A stretch of 64,000 nucleotides of DNA from Eledone cirrhosa (GCA_964016885.1 OZ024745.1:15004001-15068000), one strand, 5' to 3'. Shown: positions 1 through 13,701, counted from the stretch's first letter. Program-made: numbers and translations. The notes: a model not told the origin generated them from the sequence alone.

Positions 1-176
1 ATTAAAAACTACACATGAATAACACAGATAAACCGACAGACATACACGGAAACATATACGTCTGTGTGGCGCAGGAGTTGGCTTTGTAACCAAACGAAGT
101 TATGTGCTTTATCTTATGGGTTGTACCAATGTATTAAGAATGGAATTTAGCAGATGACGATTGTAGAAGTCCGTAT

Positions 177-222
<46 letters not shown>

Positions 223-249
223 GTGTGTATGTATGTATTTATGTTACTC

Positions 250-860
250 TTTCTCTTAATTTCCAATACATATTTGACCAGCCGCCTTCCTGGTGGCAAG
301 GTTGTAAAAGGTGCCAATTTTGAAGGTGCCAGCCTTCGCAGCCATTTGTAGTCTATGAATTAGGGAGCTGCGCTCTTTGTCCACTAATCCAAATCAGTTA
401 TACTTTGGTCCAAGCGGGTTGGTATATAACCTGCAGCTCCAATAATGATGGGTATGAAGCTGAAGGTCTATCTTGGATACTGGATCTGCAAACTCATCAT
501 CAATGGTCTGTAGATGTCCTCCTTCTCTTGTATTTTTCGTACAACGTTGATCAAGTGGGCAGCTGATCTCTACAACAGAACACGTTTTCAATATGTGGTC
601 CCAAACAACAATATCAGGCCGGTTGTGTTTTAATTTGGTGGAAGTTTTTATTTTCATGTTCCACCAGTATTCCTTAGTGCCATCTATCTCAACATATTTC
701 TCCTCATTTATTTTAAATCTTGTTTTCCTAATTGCGCTCCAGATAGTTCTAGCTATCACATCGTGTCTCATGGGGGGTGGTAGCGAGACGACATCCTTCC
801 GCAGTTGGCAACAATGGGGCTAACATCTTCGATCTTTGTTTTACTGAGCAAGCGGATGAA
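250..860 (-). mobile_element. R4/Dong-like RLE non-LTR retrotransposon, 3' fragment (decayed)
   Basis: ORF 394-771 has RHD...KHNRPDIVVWD...VVEISCP, the RLE motif set also seen in the 59601 and 63444 ORFs. Frameshifted; boundaries approximate. Confidence 0.85.
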
Positions 861-899
861 GGAGAGAGTGTGCGTGTGTGAGAGAGAGAATAAATCAGC

Positions 900-1021
<122 letters not shown>

Positions 1022-1377
1022 AATAAATCAACTGTGTTCTGACCTGGCGAGAGACATGCTCCGCCAGGATTAACTCATCAAGTATGTATATCCCAAGTAC
1101 CATGTACCATTAGTATATCACCACCATATAACATGACGGCACCACTACGACTCCACCAGGATTTCAGATCTAATAGCTAAATACAATCTCGATATACAAT
1201 ATATTCCATGCAAATATTCATCTATAGATTACGTGTACTGAAACAAACATGCATTGCAGTAATACTGTGTGGTAGATTGGAAATGTCCTTGCGAATAATA
1301 GTGACTTAATGTCCTGTATGTTTTTCTTCACACAAGTGAAATAATATAAATGAAGCAATAGAAATACATTTACATAA

Positions 1378-1470
1378 ACCTGTCTACGTGTATCTGTATA
1401 TGTTACATACGCCCGTCTACGTGTATCTGTATATGTTACATACGCCCGTCTACGTGTACCTGTATATGTT
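1378..1470. repeat. 33-bp minisatellite, about 3 copies
   Basis: Unit TACGCCCGTCTACGTGTATCTGTATATGTTACA repeated. Confidence 0.9.
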
Positions 1471-1841
1471 TGTTGTGTTTTCGGCTTTGTCCGTAAGCTA
1501 GCTTTTCTTTTGCTTTTATTGGTTGCAATCATTAGACTGTGGTAATGGTATGGCAGCGCCCTTTCTTAATCGATCATATCGAACCCAATACATGTTTTGC
1601 CATTTTTCCGAGCCTGTTACGTGACATAAACACAGACGCTGCCTTCCTCACGAATGACCATTGGATTTGCACTTTGAAAGTTCCCATCCGAAGCACAAGA
1701 TAGGGCAAAGTTTTTGTGCAAGACCAGCCCAGCTGTCTCTACATGCCACTGATGTTATACAAGGGAAAAGCAAAAGTCGAAACAGGTTGACACCAGTGAC
1801 GTCCTAACGCATTTCTGCAATTGAGTATACTGGCGTAATAT

Positions 1842-1926
<85 letters not shown>

Positions 1927-2092
1927 AGGTGCATTATTGGTTGTGTAAAATGGTCCAATAACTTTATGTTAGCAATATTAAGTTCGCCACGCTTTTGTAT
2001 ATCTCCAATTCCATTGAGGGGAACAGCTAGATGATGTAAAACGCAGTATAAGTATCAAAATGAAAATCCTAAGGCAAGGTAAAATTCCAATC

Positions 2093-2176
2093 ATTTAATC
2101 ACGACACATGTTTCAATAAGAGATAGATCGATTGTGAAGCCATGATCGATTATCACTGATCTCATCAGGTGAAAAT
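2093..2176 (-). ncRNA. Type I hammerhead ribozyme in the PLE pseudo-LTR
   Basis: Minus strand reads tcac-CTGATGA-[long stem II]-GAAAC-ATGT-GTC-gtga. Confidence 0.8.
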
Positions 2177-2696
2177 GAATTGTCTTCAAATTCTTGATAT
2201 GAGGGAGAAAAAATAACGATGTTCTCTCACAGAATCCATTCCCTCATATGGAGACACACCAGTCAGAAACACGGCGAGTGCTATTAGCTTCAGTTGAGGT
2301 CATAAATGCTTTCAGATTTCTATCGCTGCGAAAGACGCTGGACATCAATCAAATCTGTAGGGATACAGTCAGTCACAGTTAAAGTGAGTGGGTACACACA
2401 CACTCCACACCTACATACATCGGCTCGAAGTCAAAGAAAAATATATACATATATATACACACATCAACACAGTATTAAACCTGTAGAGTTAGTGTGGGTG
2501 GGTACACACACACTTTCACACACACCGAAGCGATGTTCGAGAAAAACGCAAATATAATAAAACAAATATAAGAATGTACCAACACAGCACTCACCGAAAG
2601 TTAGTTCACGAAGCAACAGAAGCGATGTTGGTCAAATCTCAATTTGACGATGTAAATTGGAAATATTGGGTCAACCAACGCCCCACACATAACACA

Positions 2697-2783
<87 letters not shown>

Positions 2784-3596
2784 ACACACGCAAGTAAGTT
2801 AAGTTCAGTGTTCTGCTATACGTCTATAGATCGAATTGTAACATCCATATCTTCAAGTTATGTTATGGTATATACACATCCGAATCGTCTAAAAAAGGGT
2901 ATGTCTGGGTATATACACATCCATGTGAAGAGCAAGCAATCAGCTCATGTCGAACTCCTTGTGTACCGCTGTCCCATTGAGAATCCGTGTCACCAAATCC
3001 GTGCGTGCAAGCAACCGCAATGTAGGCCAGCAAAGGGCTCCGTGTAGGGTTGGGTATTGGCTAAATGTGTCCGCAAGTGCGATTTCCCGTCATATGGGCC
3101 AATGAGCTTTTAAGATAGTTGTTTGAGTGGTGGAGGTGTGTTATCCCACACAGAAGGTGAAGTAAGAAAACACAGGACAGTAAAATCCAAAGGATGTGTG
3201 TACGCCCATAAATGGTGTGTCGGTATTATTATTCAATCCGTAACAGTGAGTCCTTTATGGTTAGATGATCACGCATCAAAACCGGGTGTAGTGTTCAGTC
3301 GGTAGGAACGTGACAGTCGTAATTGTGGGAGCTCAATGTCTAAAGGAAACGGGTACTGTGTGTAGCTCTATGTATAGAGAGCGTAATCGGTCCTAACTAA
3401 GTGTGTAATCAATCTAACTATATACTAGCTAGGTATTCTAAAAGAGAGCACTCTACTGTGAGAACTCCGTGGAAACAGGCCGAGTATCGTTTGTAAGTGC
3501 ACAAACAGTCTTAGCCGTCTAACTACCTAAGTGTGCGACTGTCCGTATATTTAGAGAACTCTATGGCTAAAGTAGAGTGGGAGGAGTTATTGGTAG

Positions 3597-5600
3597 GTTA
3601 CCTTCCAAAAATCCTGCGGAAGGTTTTCGAGGTTCTATGTTGGCAGTTGCTGAAAAAATCTGTTCTCCTATTAATTAATAGGGGGCCGCTTCTAATAATA
3701 TTAAAAGTTTCCGCTATACATAAATTTCAGACGCCAGTGCTGCCGTTATAAGGTTGGGCTGAGCAAACTATGGACCATGATAAGGAGTGCTCTATATTCT
3801 AATGTTTAAGCTTCCAGACTAATTCCGAAAGTGCCGTACTATTTTTTTAATCTAATCTATTACAAGTATGGCGGTGATTATACCATCTATCCTTAAATTC
3901 CGTGGCAGTTGCCCCAACATACCTAAAGGTTCTATCAGGAGTGGAGACCTTACAGTCGTAGACTATGTTTTTGGTAAGGCATTTCCCAGCCATGGGGCAG
4001 GTGGCGGTGCTTCTGCAGTTACATTTTTTGCTATCGACCTGGGTAATTCCAGATGGACCACGGTATCTTTGGGGTCGGTTCTCAGTTCCAGTCTGCTCTA
4101 CGGGTAAATTCCCTGGGTTTGGGGAGACCCGACTCGCCTCAAGTGTATGAGTCAGTTCCTCAATAGAGCTGCCATTGTTCCTGCCATGCCTAATTCCCTC
4201 ATGGGCTGTCCTAAGTCTACTATAATTCATCTTAGCTATATTCTGAGCTATGTTACTAGTTGTGGAGTAGGACAGCTTGATGGTATTTCTATTGAATATT
4301 TTATAATATCTGTGCGATCTGGGGAAGCATTTGTCTAAGGCCCTAAAAAAGCTTAGCTATACTAGTGGTCAGGCCAGTGGAGTAATGGGGATTATACCAC
4401 AGGACTTTTCTGGTCCGAAGTTTCTTGTTCCTACTAACTATATTAGAATTATCTGTCTCCCTAGTATTTACTGGTCTATTGTAACTGGAAATTACCTGTG
4501 GGTCGATGGTGTCCTGGGGTGTCACGATTGTGTTCGGAATCGTCCCAGGTCTTGAGGGCGGTGTACTCCCCGTGCGGCCATTGGGGTTACCCTCGATAGC
4601 CGGGGTTGTATCCACTATGCGTCTGCTACACCTGTCCCTATTCCCCTTATTCGACTCTCGTTCCATACTGCGTTCAACGGTAGGTTTATCGGTTCCACAA
4701 TTAAGGTTACCATTAGAGTTTCCGCTGGTGTTACGTTGCTCAGACCCAGTGTTATTACCTGGGTGGCTGTTTCTTTTGGTACCAACAGCATTGGGACTAA
4801 GCGGCAGTACAACATGAAGGCTATATGAATCCTCCCTCGTATCCCGCCCGCTGTTAACTAGAGTGTCACTATTTAGGGCTAAGCTATCGCGGGCAATGTT
4901 GCTTCTACTATTTAATGGACGTTTGAATGAGATTCCCTCGCCATGCCCTGCGCGTTCCAGGGCGCTATTATAGTAATTCGAGATCTTATTAAAGGTATCT
5001 TCATTGGAAGATAGTCCTGAAATTCTACTAGAGACGCTTTTGGTAATACCCTTAGTGACTATTCTAGGGTGGTTCGATTTTGCGTTGGCATAGTCTAGAT
5101 TCTCGTTGGGTTTGTGGTAAGGTTGGAAGAGTCCTGAATTGAGGTTAAGTGTAACATCTAGAAAATTAACTATCTTTAAATTATCTTCAAATACTATACT
5201 TAGGTCTATGCTCTTGAAGAATTTGCTAAGTTTTTTCCTCACCGTCTCTACCATTCTATTATTATGGAACAACACAGTAAACAAGACGTCGTCACGGTAA
5301 GCGCCGCCTCCTAGGTGGGGCATTTCCGCTCCGAGACAGTCAAGGAGGTAAAGGCCCACCAGATCCGTCACCTGGGCCGAGTCCGTGGATCCCATGGTGA
5401 TGTCGAAATTGTCTGGCCAATCCCTCCTATTCCACAGGTCACCCTTGAATTCAATTAAGGTTTTCCTAGCTAGGAGAATAATGCTAATTTCCTCGGATGC
5501 AAGGTCGGTGTGTAAGCTAGCAAAGTTAAGGGCCCTACCTAGAAGAGTTGGAGAGATTGAAGAGTAGTAATTAGAGATATCGAACTGTATAAACTTAGTG
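3597..5600 (-). pseudogene. PLE RT + linker + GIY-YIG endonuclease, disrupted
   Basis: DITMGSTDSAQVTDLVGLYLL...YRDD...NFLDVTLNL...SNHP (RT and thumb). CNC-x5-CP-x4-C linker. YVGATATEFKDRWYNH (GIY-YIG). Contains stops and frameshifts. Confidence 0.9.
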
Positions 5601-5626
5601 CTATATCAAGAATTTCAAGAGAATTC

Positions 5627-5710
5627 ATTTTCACCTGATGAGATCAGTGATAATCGATCATGGCTTCACAATCGATCTATCTCTAATTGAAACATGTGTC
5701 GTGATTAAAT
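5627..5710 (+). ncRNA. Type I hammerhead ribozyme in the inverted PLE pseudo-LTR
   Basis: CTGATGA at 5635, GAAAC at 5689, palindromic ACATGT stem III, GTC triplet ending 5700, stem I tcac/gtga. Confidence 0.8.
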
Positions 5711-5846
5711 GATTGGAATTTTACCTTGCCTTCGGATTATATATATATATATATATATAATATATTTTTTATTTATGTATAGTTTTTAGTTGTTTGGTAT
5801 ATAAATATATATATTGTTTTAGTTATTAGTTATATATCTATATTTA

Positions 5847-5905
<59 letters not shown>

Positions 5906-6124
5906 AATAACAATCGTATCTCACAATGGATTGATTATATATATGTATATATAAAGCATAGGCAGTGAATTGGCCGAGTCGATAGAACTGCCGAGGTCAA
6001 CTTTTCCTTTCATCCATTGGAGGTCGATAAAAGAAGTACCAGTCTAGTACTGTAGTCAATTCTTCCTCTATATCTCTTTCTCATTTCCACTCTCTTATTT
6101 CCTCTATCTTTCTCTGGAAGAAAT

Positions 6125-6235
6125 ATGCTGTACCCAGGCCTGGAGAGGGATGGGCTCCGTCAGGATTAAAATGGCCAAGAAACGCCATATGTCAATACGG
6201 CGTCCCTACGACTCTATCAGGAGTGACGGGACATA
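6125..6235 (+). repeat. Dispersed repeat fragment, second copy at about 49140-49240
   Basis: Shared GATGGG(C/T)TCCG...GCCATATGTCAATA.GG.G...CTACGACTC...GAGT.ACGGGAC. Confidence 0.65.
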
Positions 6236-6540
6236 CCATATCTATAAGAATTATATGCATTTCTATCAACACATGCATCAAGTTTAGTAAGTCTAGTTGG
6301 TGCATTTAGTCGAAATATTCCCACTAGTCTTTAACCAATTGTAAAATGTTTCGTAACAACCTGCATGAAGTCAACTAAACTGAGGTCTCTTGCTTTCATT
6401 TCTCTCTCCATCCATTTTACTTTCATATTTCACTTTTCCATATGTGACTATTTCCTGTTATATCCGTTTGCTACTAACTTTGCTTGCCTACGTACAAATT
6501 CTCTATATATATGTGTGTATGTGTGTGTGTTTGTGTGTAT

Positions 6541-6579
<39 letters not shown>

Positions 6580-6863
6580 CAGGCGTTATATATGCGTGTG
6601 TATGCATGTGTATGTATGTATATATATACACTACATAATAACAGGAATGGAGGTATGTACAATTACTGCAACTACAAGACTAAAATATACGCATACATTG
6701 CTAATTATGCATGTCTGCATACACACACAAACACACACAAACACACACACATATATATATATATATAAATACTACACATACATATGTATGTGTATTTCTC
6801 CCTTTCTCTCTCTCTCTCTATATATATATATATACATGTGCGTGTGTATGTGTGTGTGCGTGT

Positions 6864-7091
<228 letters not shown>

Positions 7092-8404
7092 ATGTGTACA
7101 TACATACATAAATTGTGTATTCACATGTCTGAACAATGTAGGAAACAGTAAAAAAATGTATATTGAAATGCCATTTGTTTAAAATATTCCGACAAAATAT
7201 TCCCCCGTCCAATAATCCATTCTCTAGTGAGTTTATCCAATAAAGAACCAGTATTATTATTGATTGTCTCCCCCGGTTTTTCTTTAGCAATTGTCAGTGA
7301 TTTGTATGCAGGTGCCGACCACTCGTGACCAGAAAGTTTAGTAACCAAATTTACTGTTGTATTGTGTTCCTCAATACAACTTGCTAGTCGGTGTTTAAGC
7401 CTATTCTGGGTAGTTGCGTTGATATAGAAACGATATATTTAGTTATGCTAGCCACAAACACCACATTGGATGAAAGCAAACTCTTATTTCTTTTCTTTGA
7501 TGTGGTATAGTTGTTATGTGTATTTGTTTAGTGCAGCTTATTTTCCCGGTGTGGAATTCTGTATTACAAGATTATCTCTGTTGACCTCCACTGTGTCGAA
7601 TGTATATTTCTATCAATGTGAGTTTCTACATTTCTCACTGTAGCTTTTCGGAATATTTCTCAACACGAATGCGTGTTATGTAAATATATATTATTTATGT
7701 GTGTACGCACCATTGTACACAGGAATAAACTAGTTATTTTTTTCTCTCTTCTTGGTTTTGTATGTATCTATCATTTCATTTCGTGTAAGTCAGCTCTAAT
7801 TTAGACAGTCGGCTGAAGTAAAATAGATTATGAGAATTCACTTAGGCAATGACCGGAGACAACGTGTCCATTATACATGCATTAAATGTTATCCTGCAAT
7901 CCACAATGACCACATTAAATTGAATTCTGTGTTTTAGACAACATTTAATTTGACTTTTGATTTGCAAAGCATTATATCCAGAAAACATTACTCTGAACAA
8001 AGTAATGTGACATATATTAGAATTGAAATATTTATGTATGGAGGACTTTATTAACGACGTTTACTTTTATTTCAGGATGATACATCGTATATTTAAGTAT
8101 ATTTCACTTTATCCAAAATGCTATGAAAGACTAAGATTAACTGAGATGAAGAGGGATTAAATAAAGATATTTAAACCCTGTCTCTGGATAGGCTACCTTA
8201 TATTCTAGAGCTTTGTTGTATAAGTTATAAATCTTTTATAAATATTGATGTTTTTTTTATAGACTAAAAAAGGGGTTTTCTTTCTAGTTGGGTTGAGGAA
8301 CCTAGTTTTCCATTAATCTTTCCATTGTTGATTCGCAGAAACATAATTTTATTCTTTTCGATGATGGAATATCAAGTCAGAGACAGAGTAGGTACTACTA
8401 CCAA

Positions 8405-10087
8405 ACATCAGCAGCAACAGCAGCAGCAGCAGTAGCTGCACAAACCACCGCCACCCCACCAGGAACAACAACACCAACAATAACACCAACAATAACACCA
8501 CCACCACCACCACCATCACCACCACCACCAACAACAACAACAACAACACCACCACCACCAACAACAACAACACCATCACTACCACCAACAATAACACCAC
8601 CACCACCACCACCACCATCACCACCACCACCAATAGCAACAACAACAACACCACCACCAACAACAACAACACCATCACTACCACCAACAATAACACCACC
8701 ACCACCACCACCACCATCACCACCACCACCAATAGCAACAACAACAACACCACCACCAACAACAACAACACCATCACTACCACCAACAATAACACCACCA
8801 CCACCACCACCACCATCACCACCACCACCAATAGCAACAACAACAACACCACCACCAACAACAACAACACCATCACTACCACCAACAATAACACCACCAC
8901 CACCACCACCACCATCACCACCACCACCAATAGCAACAACAACACCACCACCACCAACAACAACAACACCATCACTACCACCAACAATAACACCACCACC
9001 ACCACCACCACCATCACCACCACCACCAATAGCAACAACAACACCACCACCACCAACAACAACAACACCATCACTACCACCAACAATAACAACACCACCA
9101 CCAACAACAACAACACCATCACTACCACCAACAATAACACCACCACCACCACCACCACCATCACCACCACCACCAATAGCAACAACAACAACACCACCAC
9201 CAACCACAACAACACCACCACTACCACTAACAACAACAACACCACCACAACACCACCATCAACAACAACAACACCACTACCACCAACACCAACAATAACA
9301 ACAACGACAACACTTAAAACAACACCACTACACCACCATCAACAACAACAACAACACCACTACACCACCATCAACAACAACAACAACACCACTACACCAC
9401 CATCAACAACAACAACAACACCACTACCACCAACAATAACATTATCATCATCATCATCATCGTCGTCAACATCATCACCATCACCATCATCACCATCATC
9501 ACCACCATCACCATCATCACCATCATCACCATCATCACCATCATCACCATCATCACCATCACCATCATCACCATCACCATCATCACCATCATCACCATCA
9601 TCACCATCATCACTATCACCACCATCATCACCATCATCACCATCACCATCATCACCATCATCACCATCATCATCACTATCACCACCATCATCACCATCAT
9701 CACCATCACCATCATCATCACCATCATCACCATCATCACCATCACCATCATCACCATCATCATCACCCTCATCACCATCATCACCATCATCGCCATCATC
9801 ATCACCATCATCACCATCATCACCATCATCATCATCATCATCATCACCATCACCATCATCACCATCATCACCATCATCATCACTATCACCACCATCATCA
9901 CCATCATCACCATCACCATCATCATCACCATCATCACCATCATCACCATCACCATCATCACCATCATCATCACCATCATCACCATCATCACCATCATCAC
10001 CATCATCACCATCATCATCATCATCATCACCCTCATCACCATCATCACCATCATCGCCATCATCATCACCATCATCACCATCATCAC

Positions 10088-10131
<44 letters not shown>

Positions 10132-10295
10132 CCATCATCGTCATCATCATCACCATCATTATCATCACCATCATCGTCATCATCATCATCACCATCATCA
10201 CCATCATCACCCTCATCATCATCACCATCATCATCACCATCATCACCATCATCATCATCAGCATCATCATCATCATCATCACCATCATCATCATC
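8405..10295. repeat. Compound trinucleotide satellite (CAC/CAA, then CAT/CAC) with a 99-bp higher-order unit
   Basis: AATAGC marker recurs at 8632, 8731, 8830, 8929 and 9028. Confidence 0.95.
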
Positions 10296-10494
10296 CCTTT
10301 ACTCTTTCCGAATCCAAACATTCCCAAGGTCGATAAAATAAGTACCTGTCATGTGCTGGGGTCTGGGATGGTGTGACTGTAGTTTATTGAACCTACATAA
10401 AACAAAATCTGCCTATGTCTAATTTTAGGTAAGGAATATATACGTAATAAATTATTAACGTAAGAAATTGTATTTTCTGTTGTTGTTCTTTCTC

Positions 10495-10526
<32 letters not shown>

Positions 10527-10659
10527 ATCGGGTCTGCCCGTTCCATTGATTTTAAATCGATTCTTTTCTTCAAGCGGATCTGTTTTATGTTTTACCGAAT
10601 GAATTTCATTATGAACGAAAAACATATCAACTTTTCTGTTATAGAACTGAACATGGAAA

Positions 10660-11636
10660 CATCCACCACCACCACCACCACCACCACCACCAACACCGCC
10701 ACCACCACCACCACCACCACCACCACCACCGCCACCACCACCACCTCCACCACCACCACCACCGCCACCACCACCACCACCACCACCACCACCACCACCA
10801 CCACCACCACCACCACCACCGCCACCACCACCACCACCACCACCACCACCACCACCACCACCACCACCACCACCGCCGCCACCACCACCACCACCACCAC
10901 CACCACCACCACCACCACCACCACCACCACCGCCACCACCACCACCACCACCACCACCGCCACCACCACCACCACCACCACCGCCACCACCGCTGCCATC
11001 AGCAGCATCACAACAACCAGAACCCCCCCCACGCCATCATCACAACTGTCATTACCACCACTTTCACCACTATCAACACCACAAGCATCACCAGCACAAC
11101 CTGCACACACCTCCTCCTCCACCACAACTATCACCCAAACCACCACCACCACCACCACCTCCATCACCTCCACCTACACCATCACCACCACCACCTCCAG
11201 CCCCACCGCCATCAACAACAACAACGCCACCAGCAACGTCGAAATTATCAACACAACCTCCACCACAACTATTAACACCAGCACCATCACCACTACTACC
11301 AACACCACCAACAACCACAACTAACAACAACAACCACCACCACCATCACCTCCACCAACAACCATCACCACCACCACCACCACCACCAACGATCACTACC
11401 ACATCCAACACCACCACCACCACCACCACCACCACCACCACCAACGATCACCACATCATCACCACACCATCACCGCCACAGCCACTCCAACCACCACCAA
11501 CGATCACCAAACCATCGCCTCAACCACAACCACTACAACCACACCACCACCACCACCACCACCACCACCACAGCCACCACTACTACCACCTCCACCATCA
11601 CCACCATAGCCACCAACAACAACAACAACAACACCA
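10660..11636. repeat. Degenerate (ACC)n low-complexity tract
   Basis: Direct reading. Confidence 0.95.
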
Positions 11637-12134
11637 TTAACAATACAGTATTTATAAATAGGCGGATGATTTATAAGTTTACTGCTATAAATATCCCTAA
11701 TGGTTTCTGCTATGATTCCAATAAAGTCAATTATACGGTTTGATGCAATTTAGCAAAACATATTCTGTCAATAAATCAATTAGTTTCATTATTCTAAAAG
11801 ATCGAAGGTTCTTTTGGAATAATTGCTTGGCACTTTACTCTTTAAAAGTCACAACTTGAGTGGAAAATATTCTTTTTAATATATTATTTCGATTATTACG
11901 TTAATGCCTTGCTACTTGCTTACGTCTAACGTTAAACATCTCATATCTTAACAATATGTTCCCGATTCAATGGATAGCTGCTTTTCTATATTTCAACATA
12001 AACCGAAGGTGAATTTAATATGTTGGGATGTTAGCATTATAGATATTCCAGTGTTATATATATATATATATATATATATGTAAGTATGCATGTATACGTA
12101 CATACATATATGTATACAGACGTACAGTAGCATG

Positions 12135-12172
<38 letters not shown>

Positions 12173-12306
12173 CATATGCATACAGGTACACATACATATA
12201 TGCACGTATCAGTTTAGCGGCGCTAACGTCGCTTTGTTCGTTTGTAAACAAACTGAACAGCCTGAATTTATGCCATACGGTGTTAAGGCAACCACGTCAC
12301 CTTTTT

Positions 12307-12393
12307 GTTCAACACTGACACAGGAACGATGTACTAGTTTCAAGCTTGTTAGCTATCATCAGCACCGTTTACCCATCTGCCAGATAGTTGAAC
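12307..12393 (-). ncRNA. Type I minimal hammerhead ribozyme, array copy L1
   Basis: Reverse complement of aacggtg-CTGATGA-t-agct-aaca-agct-t-GAAAC-TA-GTA-catcgtt, with extended stem I. Confidence 0.9.
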
Positions 12394-12606
12394 GTTCGAA
12401 AGTATATACTTTCCTTATGAAAATTAACGGCTGAGCAGCCTAATTTGCATATTGAGTGAGTTAAATCGGTCAGGCATACCGAAAACGATAAATTGAAACA
12501 AAATGAAAACGAAATTTCATTTCTCACTCTTAGTATGGCACTTACTTAAATGTAAGTATGCATGTATACGTACATACATATATGTATACAGACGTACAGT
12601 AGCATG

Positions 12607-12642
<36 letters not shown>

Positions 12643-12776
12643 CATATGCATACAGGTACACATACATATATGCACGTATCAGTTTAGCGGCGCTAACGTC
12701 GCTTTGTTCGTTTGTAAACAAACTGAACAGCCTGAATTTATGCCATACGGTGTTAAGGCAACCACGTCACCTTTTT

Positions 12777-12863
12777 GTTCAACACTGACACAGGAACGAT
12801 GTACTAGTTTCAAGCTTGTTAGCTATCATCAGCACCGTTTACCCATCTGCCAGATAGTTGAAC
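12777..12863 (-). ncRNA. Type I minimal hammerhead ribozyme, array copy L2
   Basis: Same motif as L1, 470 bp away. Confidence 0.9.
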
Positions 12864-13076
12864 GTTCGAAAGTATATACTTTCCTTATGAAAATTAACGG
12901 CTGAGCAGCCTAATTTGCATATTGAGTGAGTTAAATCGGTCAGGCATACCGAAAACGATAAATTGAAACAAAATGAAAACGAAATTTCATTTCTCACTCT
13001 TAGTATGGCACTTACTTAAATGTAAGTATGCATGTATACGTACATACATATATGTATACAGACGTACAGTAGCATG

Positions 13077-13114
<38 letters not shown>

Positions 13115-13213
13115 CATATGCATACAGGTACACATACATATATGCACGTATCAGTTTAGCGGCGCTAACGTCGCTTTGTTCGTTTGTAAACAAACTGAAC
13201 AGCCTGAATTTAC

Positions 13214-13300
13214 GTTCAACTATCTGGCAGATGGGTAAACGGTGCTGATGATAGCTAACAAGCTTGAAACTAGTACATCGTTCCTGTGTCAGTGTTGAAC
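13214..13300 (+). ncRNA. Type I minimal hammerhead ribozyme, array copy R1
   Basis: CTGATGA at 13245, GAAAC at 13266, GTA triplet ending 13275, stem I aacggtg/catcgtt extended to gttcaac/gttgaac. Confidence 0.9.
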
Positions 13301-13434
13301 AAAAAGGTGACGTGGTTGCCTTAACACCGTATGGCATAAATTCAGGCTGTTCAGTTTGTTTACAAACGAACAAAGCGACGTTAGCGCCGCTAAACTGATA
13401 CGTGCATATATGTATGTGTACCTGTATGCATATG

Positions 13435-13488
<54 letters not shown>

Positions 13489-13644
13489 CATGCTACTGTA
13501 CGTCTGTATACATATATGTATGTACGTATACATGCATACTTACATTTAAGTAAGTGCCATACTAAGAGTGAGAAATGAAATTTCGTTTTCATTTTGTTTC
13601 AATTTATCGTTTTCGGTATGCCTGACCGATTTAACTCACTCAAT

Positions 13645-13652
13645 ATGCAAAT
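13645..13652 (+). promoter_or_regulatory. Octamer motif ATGCAAAT, present in every complete array unit
   Basis: Exact match 88 bp upstream of the hammerhead core. Function is inferred only. Confidence 0.4.
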
Positions 13653-13701
13653 TAGGCTGCTCAGCCGTTAATTTTCATAAGGAAAGTATATACTTTCGAA
13701 C

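Larger units (their letters stand above)
1923..5738 (-). mobile_element. Penelope-like element (Naiad-type), 5'-truncated, with inverted pseudo-LTR
   Basis: RT and GIY-YIG coding remnants. 2065-2200 is an inverted repeat of 5604-5738. Both ends abut (TA)n. Confidence 0.9.

Noticed and set aside
8349-11333. Long Val-, Met-, Gly- or Thr-rich ORFs (mucin-like)
   Set aside because: These are translations of trinucleotide repeats with no unique coding flanks or splice evidence.
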